DNA of 40,433 nt from Deltaproteobacteria bacterium (GTDB lineage: Bacteria > Myxococcota_A > UBA9160 > SMWR01): contig JAQBGU010000177.1 of the NCBI GenBank assembly GCA_032128375.1, forward strand, positions 1 through 40,433, given 5' to 3'. The position numbers were made by a program, and so were the translations under genes. A model generated the notes under the pieces. That model had not been told where the DNA came from and ran no database searches. It worked only from the letters and a program-made list of their open reading frames with translations. Every line of letters starts with the position of its first letter. Position 1 is the first letter of the stretch. This document shows positions 34,563-40,433 of this stretch, in pieces.

Positions 34563-36161
34563 CTACGCAACGACCCGCCTCCGCCAGTCCTTCTGAATCA
34601 CCCGCGCGGCGTTGTGACCGGCCGCGCCCATCACACCTCCGCCTGGGTGCGCGCCGGCGCCGCAGAGGTAGAGGTTGCGCACCGGCGTGCGGTAGCCCGC
34701 CCATCCGAACAGCGGCCGCATGGAGAAGAGCTGATCGGTTGCCATGTCGCCGTGGAAGACGTTACCGCCGGTTAGGCCGTACACGTTCTCCAGACACACG
34801 GGTGTGAGAATGTGACGTCCGATCACGGCTGCGGGAAGGTTCGGCGCGTACTCGCCTAACGTCGACACCACCAGGTCGCCGAGTTCTTCTTTGCGGCTGA
34901 GCCAGTCGCCTTCTGCCAGATCGAACGGCAGGTACTTCACCGAGACAGACATCACGTGCGCACCCGTTGGGCACAGCGAGTCGTCCGCTGCGGAAGGGAT
35001 CACGATCTCCATGTAGGGCTTGCGTGAAGGCCGGCCACGTTCGTAATCGCGAAACGCCTCTTGCAGGTACTCGGGCGAGTCACCCGCTATCTGCAGCGTG
35101 CCGCGCAGGTGCGGCCCATCGCCCGGCAGGGCGCTGAAGTCGGGCAACTCCGAGAGCGCCAGATTGACCTTTCCCGAATTGCCACGGCAGCGGAAGTTCT
35201 CGATGCCGATTCGGAAGTCGTCCGGCAGGTCACCCTGCGCCAACAGCTGGAGGAACGTGCGCTTGGGATCGGCGTTCGACACCACGACGGCCGCATCGAT
35301 CTGCTCGCCGCTCTCCAACAGCACACCGGTCGCAACACCGCCAGACACATTGATTCTATCCACTGGCGCGTCGGTGCGGATGATGGCGCCACGCGCCTGA
35401 GCGGATCCTGCGAGCGCCTGCGTAATGCCACCCATGCCACCGCGCACGAACGCCCACGCGCCCGGTTCGCCCGTGGCCTCGCCGAGCGCGTGGTGCAGTA
35501 ACACAAACGCTGTGCCGGGGGTGGTGGGGCTGCCGTAGATACCGATGGTGCCCGACCCCGCGAGCATGGCCTTGAGCTGCGGCGACTCGAACCACTCGTC
35601 GAGCAGATCGGCGACGCTCATGCTGAGGACCTTGATCAGGAAACTTCGATCGGCGCGGTCGAGACGATGCAAGCGGCCGCCAAGCTTGATCAGCTCGAAC
35701 ACAGAAGCGGGCCCCGGCGCGGCCAGGTCGGGCGGCGCGGTCAACAGCGTGGGCCGCAGCACGTCGGCCAAGCGATCAATTGCGGCGAAAAAGCGAGGGT
35801 AGGCGTCGGCGTCGTTCGGCGAGAGCCGCGCGATCTGTTTGGCGTCTTCGTCCGCCCCGAGACCGAGTAGCAGGTGCGTTCCGTCAGGCAACGGCAGAAA
35901 CGAAGTCTTACACGGCAGCAGCTCGAAGCCGTGATCCGCGAGTTGCAGCTCCCGGATGATCTCTGGCCGCAACAGCGAGCAGACATACGAGGTTGTCGAG
36001 CAGCGGAAACCCGGGTGAATTTCCTCGGTCACGCACGCGCCGCCCACGATGGAGCGCCGCTCTACCACCAGCACCGAGCGCCCCGCTTGCGCGAGATACG
36101 CGGCCGCGACCAGGCCATTGTGGCCCCCGCCGACCACGATGACGTCGTAGCGTGTCGTCAT
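34563..36161 (-). CDS. Phytoene-dehydrogenase-like FAD-dependent oxidoreductase (PYROXD2-like)
   Basis: VVGGGHNGLVAAAYLA, GGACVTEE, VRGGMG, GNVFHG and LYLCGAGAHPGGGVMGAAG. Start is 36161 or 36179. Confidence 0.9.
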   Translation of the reverse strand: MTTRYDVIVVGGGHNGLVAAAYLAQAGRSVLVVERRSIVGGACVTEEIHPGFRCSTTSYVCSLLRPEIIRELQLADHGFELLPCKTSFLPLPDGTHLLLGLGADEDAKQIARLSPNDADAYPRFFAAIDRLADVLRPTLLTAPPDLAAPGPASVFELIKLGGRLHRLDRADRSFLIKVLSMSVADLLDEWFESPQLKAMLAGSGTIGIYGSPTTPGTAFVLLHHALGEATGEPGAWAFVRGGMGGITQALAGSAQARGAIIRTDAPVDRINVSGGVATGVLLESGEQIDAAVVVSNADPKRTFLQLLAQGDLPDDFRIGIENFRCRGNSGKVNLALSELPDFSALPGDGPHLRGTLQIAGDSPEYLQEAFRDYERGRPSRKPYMEIVIPSAADDSLCPTGAHVMSVSVKYLPFDLAEGDWLSRKEELGDLVVSTLGEYAPNLPAAVIGRHILTPVCLENVYGLTGGNVFHGDMATDQLFSMRPLFGWAGYRTPVRNLYLCGAGAHPGGGVMGAAGHNAARVIQKDWRRRVVA

Positions 36162-36182
36162 CTGCGGTGTCCACTGCATGTG

Positions 36183-36212
36183 GCGTGTCTACTGGTAGCG
36201 TGTCTACTTGTA
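36183..36212. repeat. 15-bp tandem duplication
   Basis: GCGTGTCTACTGGTA GCGTGTCTACTTGTA (14/15 identical), between two co-oriented genes. Confidence 0.78.
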
Positions 36213-36231
36213 GAACGGCGAGGCGCTGCGA

Positions 36232-37614
36232 TCACTTTCGCACGAGCCTACCGAACAGCGCGGCGCGCAGGCGGGGTGCCCGTCGCCCAGCGAGTTCCGC
36301 GTGGTCGAGCGATTCGCCGATGTTGCGGAGGACCGAGACTCCGAGCCAGCGGAGTGGCTCCGGCTCCCACGGGCGCGCGGGTTTGGCAACCAGCGGCAGC
36401 CGCACCCGCTCGGTGTCGCGCTCGAGGATCAGCTCGGCGATCGTGCGCCCCGCCAGGTTCGCGGCGGCTACCCCTTCGCCCACGTACCCGCCGCCCCACG
36501 CAATGCCGCTGTTGCGATCGATACCCACGCTGGGTCGCCAGTCGCGCGGTACGCCGAGTGCGCCGCCCCAGCGGTGTGTGATGCGTGCGCCGCGCACCAC
36601 CGGAAACACCGACTCGAGCGCTGCCTGCACCTGGTCGAAGGCGGCGTCGTCCGCACAGAAGCGGTCGCGAACCTGCGAACCGTAGAAGTAATTTCCCCGG
36701 CTGCCGAAGGCGAGGCGGTCGTCTGCCGTCCGCTGACCGTAGATCACGATGCGCCGCGGGTCGCCGAACGTCTCCCGGTTGGCCAGGCCGATTTCCTTCC
36801 ACACGTGCTCTGCCAGGGGTTCGGTGGCGATCATCATCGAATGCAACGGCAGCAGCGAGCGCTGGTGACCGCGCAACGTGTTCGAGTAAGACTCTGTCGC
36901 TCGTACCACGTGGGTAGCGCGAAGGCACCCTGTGGCGGTCAGGACTGAGTGTGGCTCGATGGCGCGCGCAGGCGTGCGCTCGTAGATCGCAACACCCCGG
37001 CGCTCCACTACGTCGGCCAGTCCGCGCGCCAATCGAGCCGGGTGGATGGCCGCGCAGTGCGCAAAGAACACACCACCTAAGTTGCGCGCCGCCCCGACCC
37101 GGGCCGCGCACGCATCGGGATCGAGCCAGCGGACGTCTTCTTCCCCGAACCCCAGTGCGCGCCAATGTTCGGCTTCACCTAGCAGCTGCTTGCGGTGAGC
37201 CGCGACACTGGCGATCGAGATGCTGCCGCCCTTGTGATAGTGGCAGTCGATACCGGCGCTCTGGCTGGCTCGTCCCACCTCGTCGACCGCATCGAACATC
37301 GCCCGCTGCAGCGCGATGGCGCCTTCGCGCCGTGCCGGGTCCGCCAGCGCGTACTCCTGCCCCGCCAGCGACCCCAGGCACCAGCCGCCGTTGCGCCCAG
37401 AGGCGCCGAAGCCGGCGATCTCGGCCTCGACTATCGCAATCCGCAGACCGGGATCGAGCTGGGTCAAGTAGTAGGCGGTCCAGAGGCCCGTGTAGCCTGC
37501 GCCGACGATGGCTACGTCCACCTGTGCGTCGCCGTCGAGTGAGGACCTCGCGTCGAGCGACCCGGGAACCGTCTCGTGCCAGAAACTCAGTTCGCGGTAG
37601 CCGTCGCCTGTCAT
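36232..37614 (-). CDS. FAD-dependent amine oxidoreductase, DAO family (PuuB/OrdL-like)
   Basis: DVAIVGAGYTGLWTA, GFGASGRNGG, IHPARLARGL, MIATEPL, WGGALG and GYVGEGV. Confidence 0.9.
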   Translation of the reverse strand: MTGDGYRELSFWHETVPGSLDARSSLDGDAQVDVAIVGAGYTGLWTAYYLTQLDPGLRIAIVEAEIAGFGASGRNGGWCLGSLAGQEYALADPARREGAIALQRAMFDAVDEVGRASQSAGIDCHYHKGGSISIASVAAHRKQLLGEAEHWRALGFGEEDVRWLDPDACAARVGAARNLGGVFFAHCAAIHPARLARGLADVVERRGVAIYERTPARAIEPHSVLTATGCLRATHVVRATESYSNTLRGHQRSLLPLHSMMIATEPLAEHVWKEIGLANRETFGDPRRIVIYGQRTADDRLAFGSRGNYFYGSQVRDRFCADDAAFDQVQAALESVFPVVRGARITHRWGGALGVPRDWRPSVGIDRNSGIAWGGGYVGEGVAAANLAGRTIAELILERDTERVRLPLVAKPARPWEPEPLRWLGVSVLRNIGESLDHAELAGRRAPRLRAALFGRLVRK

Positions 37615-37700
37615 GCTGCTCCGTTGTCCGGTGGCCCGGGTGGACTGGCCACGCTATCAGATTGCCAAACACCGTGGGGACCGGCATCGTTTCGCCACGC

Positions 37701-39170
37701 ATGGCTGAGTTGGCGACCATCGACTGGCTGATCGTCGCCGGATATCTGGCGTCGATGGTGGGGCTCGGCATCTGGCTGGCGCGTCGCGGCGGCGACTTCG
37801 ACGATTTCTTCCTCGCCGGACGAGTGCTGACGGCGCCCATGTTGATCGCCACGCTGATCTCCAGCTATTACGGCATCGACGTGCTGTTTGGCAGCTCCCA
37901 GCTCGCGTTCACCGACGGCGTGGTCACCTGGTTCGGCTTCTCGCGGCCGGCCTACTTGTTCTTCCTGCTGGCGGCCTTTGTCGTGGCGCGGCGTTTGCGC
38001 GAGGAAGACTTCAAGAGCCTACCCGATATTCTGGCCCGCTATTACGGTCCTGCCGCGGGCTACACGGGAGCGGTCGCGTCGTTTGTGTACTCGGTGCCCG
38101 CGCTGTCGTTGTACGGGTTCGGCGTACTGGGCAGCGCGCTGTTCGGCTGGTCGCCGTTGGCGAGCATGGCGGTGTTTGGCGGCGTTTCGCTCGCGTACAC
38201 GCTCGCGGGCGGCTTTCGCGCAGTGGTGATCACGGACTCGTTCCAGTTCCTGATGATGTGCCTCGTGCTGGCGCTCGGGATTCCCTACGCGCTCGATTTG
38301 ATCAACGGTTTCGATTCGATGTACGAAGAACTCGACCCCTCCTACTTCGACCAGATGGGTGGCCTGTCGGGCTGGCTCGTGATCGTCTACGCGTCGACGA
38401 ACCTCGTCGTGCTGGTCGAACCCGCCTTTTATCAACGCATCTTCGCCGCGCGCTCGTACGCGGCGGTGCGCAACGCGCTGCTGATCGGCATCTTGCTGTG
38501 GGGGGCCTACGACTGGGTGATCACCATCCTCGGGATGGCGGCGCAGACGGCTGTATTGCAGGGGGCTATTGACGCCGATGTGGCCGCCGACCACTCGCTG
38601 ATCGTGCTGATGATCAGTGTACTGCCCGCGGGTGTACTGGGATTTTTCGTGGCGGGGGTGCTGGCGACCGAGATGTCGACGATGGACTCCTACTGTCTGG
38701 TGGCCGGCGGCAACGTGGCCTACGACGTCTACCGCCCCGCGTTGCGGCCCGACGCGTCGGACGCTGAGCTGATTCGGATGACGCGCATCGGTGTGATGGC
38801 ATCATGGGTCGTCGGGCTTGCGATGGCGGTGAATTTCGAGCAGATGCTCGGGCTGTGGGTCTTCCTCTCTTCGATCCTGATCTCGGCGGTGCTCGTGCCT
38901 ATCCTGATCGGCCTGTACGTGCCCTGTTGGCGTCGGCCGCTGGCGGGCGTCCTGTCGTCGACGCTGGGTCTCGCGTCGGTGTTCGCGATCAACGCCGCGA
39001 TCGTGCTGTTGGGCGCATTCGTCGAGGCGGACGATACCTTCGTGCTCACCGTTTACTGGGGCGAAACGCCCCTCGAAGTCTGGCAGGAGTACGCGATGTT
39101 CTTCAGCTTGCCCATATCGTTGTTCGGATTCCTGCTCGGACTCGTGCTGGACCGGAGGCTCCGAACGTGA
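37701..39170 (+). CDS. Sodium:solute symporter family protein
   Basis: IDWLIVAGY, DFFLAGR, YTLAGGFRAVVITDSFQ, YQRIFAA and ATEMSTMDS. Start set at ATG 37701. Confidence 0.92.
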   Translation: MAELATIDWLIVAGYLASMVGLGIWLARRGGDFDDFFLAGRVLTAPMLIATLISSYYGIDVLFGSSQLAFTDGVVTWFGFSRPAYLFFLLAAFVVARRLREEDFKSLPDILARYYGPAAGYTGAVASFVYSVPALSLYGFGVLGSALFGWSPLASMAVFGGVSLAYTLAGGFRAVVITDSFQFLMMCLVLALGIPYALDLINGFDSMYEELDPSYFDQMGGLSGWLVIVYASTNLVVLVEPAFYQRIFAARSYAAVRNALLIGILLWGAYDWVITILGMAAQTAVLQGAIDADVAADHSLIVLMISVLPAGVLGFFVAGVLATEMSTMDSYCLVAGGNVAYDVYRPALRPDASDAELIRMTRIGVMASWVVGLAMAVNFEQMLGLWVFLSSILISAVLVPILIGLYVPCWRRPLAGVLSSTLGLASVFAINAAIVLLGAFVEADDTFVLTVYWGETPLEVWQEYAMFFSLPISLFGFLLGLVLDRRLRT

Positions 39171-39346
39171 CACTCTACGAAGGGTTCACCTGGTTCAATG
39201 TCGTGGTGTTGGTCGTCGGGTCGATCGCGGTGTTCAGTGTCTTCATGCGGCAACTTCCGCGCATCGTTCTGCGGAGTGAATCGGTTGATGAGAAGCGGGA
39301 AGACCCCGAGCCGCAGTCGCTCGACGGGCGACCCGGAAGTGAGTAA
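39167..39346 (+). CDS. Small single-pass membrane protein (59 aa)
   Basis: GTGA overlap with the symporter stop and GGAGG upstream. Sequence is one TM (FTWFNVVVLVVGSIAVFSVFM) plus a charged tail. Confidence 0.62.
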   Translation: MTLYEGFTWFNVVVLVVGSIAVFSVFMRQLPRIVLRSESVDEKREDPEPQSLDGRPGSE

Positions 39347-39373
39347 AACGTCGAGGGAAATCGGAGGCTCGTT

Positions 39374-39898
39374 GTGAGTTATCGCAGTATCGCTCTTCTC
39401 ACCGTCGTCGCGGCCGTCGCAATCGGGCCGGTGTGGGTCGAGCGTGCGCACGCTCAGCGCAGCGCCGCGACCGGACCGCTGCAACAAGCGGGTGCCCCCG
39501 AGGCGGAGATCATCGAGGCCAATGCCGATGCACTGGGCCTCGATGCCGACACGCTGGTGGCCGTGAAGGCGACTGCCGAGGCGGGGCGAACCGCTGCGAA
39601 AGAGCAGTTCGAGGCCATGGGCGAGTCGCGCAAGCGAATCCAGGCGCTGCTGCGAGAGCCGCTTCCCGACGCAGCCGCGTTGTTGAAAGAGGTCGACGTG
39701 TTGGGGAGCGCGCGGACCGAGAACATGAGATCCCGAGTGCGTACGTCGCTGAAGATCCGCTCATTGCTGACCGAAGAGCAGCGCACAAAGTTCGCCGAAC
39801 TGCGAACGCAAAGGCCCGAGCGGCGGGGTGCCTCGCTGGGCGCTCCGATCGGCCCCCCGCCCGCCATGGCGGTCGATCGAAAGGAGGCGGGGCCATGA
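39374..39898 (+). CDS. Spy/CpxP-like periplasmic protein
   Basis: GGAGG RBS, signal peptide ending AHA, helical body with ALGL and LLTEEQR (LTxxQ motif). Confidence 0.75.
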   Translation: MSYRSIALLTVVAAVAIGPVWVERAHAQRSAATGPLQQAGAPEAEIIEANADALGLDADTLVAVKATAEAGRTAAKEQFEAMGESRKRIQALLREPLPDAAALLKEVDVLGSARTENMRSRVRTSLKIRSLLTEEQRTKFAELRTQRPERRGASLGAPIGPPPAMAVDRKEAGP

Positions 39899-40433
39899 CC
39901 CGCGACGTCAAAGCCAACCCGCGCACGCACGGGCGCATCGCCGAACTGCTGGCTCGACAGCAGTCCGGTTCACCGCTGCTACAGGAGTTCTACTCCGATC
40001 CCGATATCTTCGCGGTCGACGTATCGCGCGTGTGTCTGAGCCACTGGCTGTGTGTCGGTCACGAAAGTCGCATTCCCAAGCGTGGCGATTGGTTTCGATT
40101 CGACATCGCCGACGAGTCGCTGATCGTGATACGCGGCCGCGACGGCGAGACGCGCGCGTTGGTCAACGTGTGTCGCCACCGCGGCTCGCGGGTCTGCTAC
40201 GACGCGGAAGGCCACTCGAGCGCTCTGCAGTGCCCGTACCACGCCTGGACGTACGACCTCGACGGATCTCTCCGCAACGCACCCCGCTCGGACGCAGAGC
40301 CGGGCTTCGACCGGGATCTGTTGGGGCTCCTGCCGGTCGCAGTCGGCACCTGGGGTCCGTTCGTCTTCGTCAATCCCGACCCGAACGCCGGCAGCCTCGC
40401 GGAGCACCTGGGCGACCTGCCGCGGCTCGTCGA
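39895..40433 (+). CDS. Rieske non-heme iron oxygenase alpha subunit (partial, runs off the window)
   Basis: Manual translation from ATG 39895 (AAGGAGG RBS, ATGA overlap): MTRDVK...EFYSDPDIF...NVCRHRGSR...QCPYHAWTYDLDG...FVFVN. Not in the ORF track because there is no stop. Confidence 0.92.
   Translation, partial: MTRDVKANPRTHGRIAELLARQQSGSPLLQEFYSDPDIFAVDVSRVCLSHWLCVGHESRIPKRGDWFRFDIADESLIVIRGRDGETRALVNVCRHRGSRVCYDAEGHSSALQCPYHAWTYDLDGSLRNAPRSDAEPGFDRDLLGLLPVAVGTWGPFVFVNPDPNAGSLAEHLGDLPRLV

Noticed and set aside
34563..36179. crtI / carotenoid biosynthesis
   Set aside because: The motifs fit the broader phytoene-dehydrogenase-like family, and no crtB/crtE genes are nearby.
36951..37700. Long Arg-rich N-terminal extension of the symporter (similar extensions at 21280, 25699, 28047, 31478 and 32914)
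   Set aside because: These are open frames over neighbouring genes, caused by stop-codon scarcity in GC-rich DNA. Better starts exist at the family N-termini.
39895..40433. Impression that the two halves of the Rieske fragment resemble different subfamilies (possible chimeric end)
   Set aside because: The frame is continuous and I cannot support the impression without alignments or read data.

Overview
GC-rich bacterial chromosomal window with about 38 coding regions. I saw no rRNA, tRNA, CRISPR array, integrase or IS element. The PEP-CTERM-type protein and the overall gene content fit a Gram-negative environmental lineage such as Myxococcota (inference only). Blocks from left to right: (1) a catabolic cassette (hypothetical, amidohydrolase, SDR, luciferase-like monooxygenase) converging on two Gfo/Idh/MocA dehydrogenases; (2) a DUF3616-like exported protein, a plant-type glucuronokinase-like kinase and an internally deleted SsuD-like monooxygenase; (3) a TetR + diiron ferritin-like operon, a second amidohydrolase, a lone gmd, a frameshifted EamA transporter and a PEP-CTERM protein; (4) a VOC-cupin-VOC-ArsR-SRPBCC-methyltransferase operon with a palindromic operator candidate, divergent from a GNAT; (5) an ~11.5 kb envelope-modification block with two sulfatase-fold enzymes carrying Thr instead of Cys/Ser at the nucleophile position, three GT-C-like membrane glycosyltransferases (one with TPRs), an SGNH protein and an HTTM protein with its partner; (6) desaturase, HRI1-like and flavin-binding genes; (7) an amine/betaine-type catabolic block ending in a truncated Rieske oxygenase that is missing from the ORF track. 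The most notable observations are block 5 and seven short tandem repeats just upstream of start codons. One of these repeats spells chained mini-ORFs and another is complementary to the arsR Shine-Dalgarno. All family calls come from motif recognition by eye; no database search was run.
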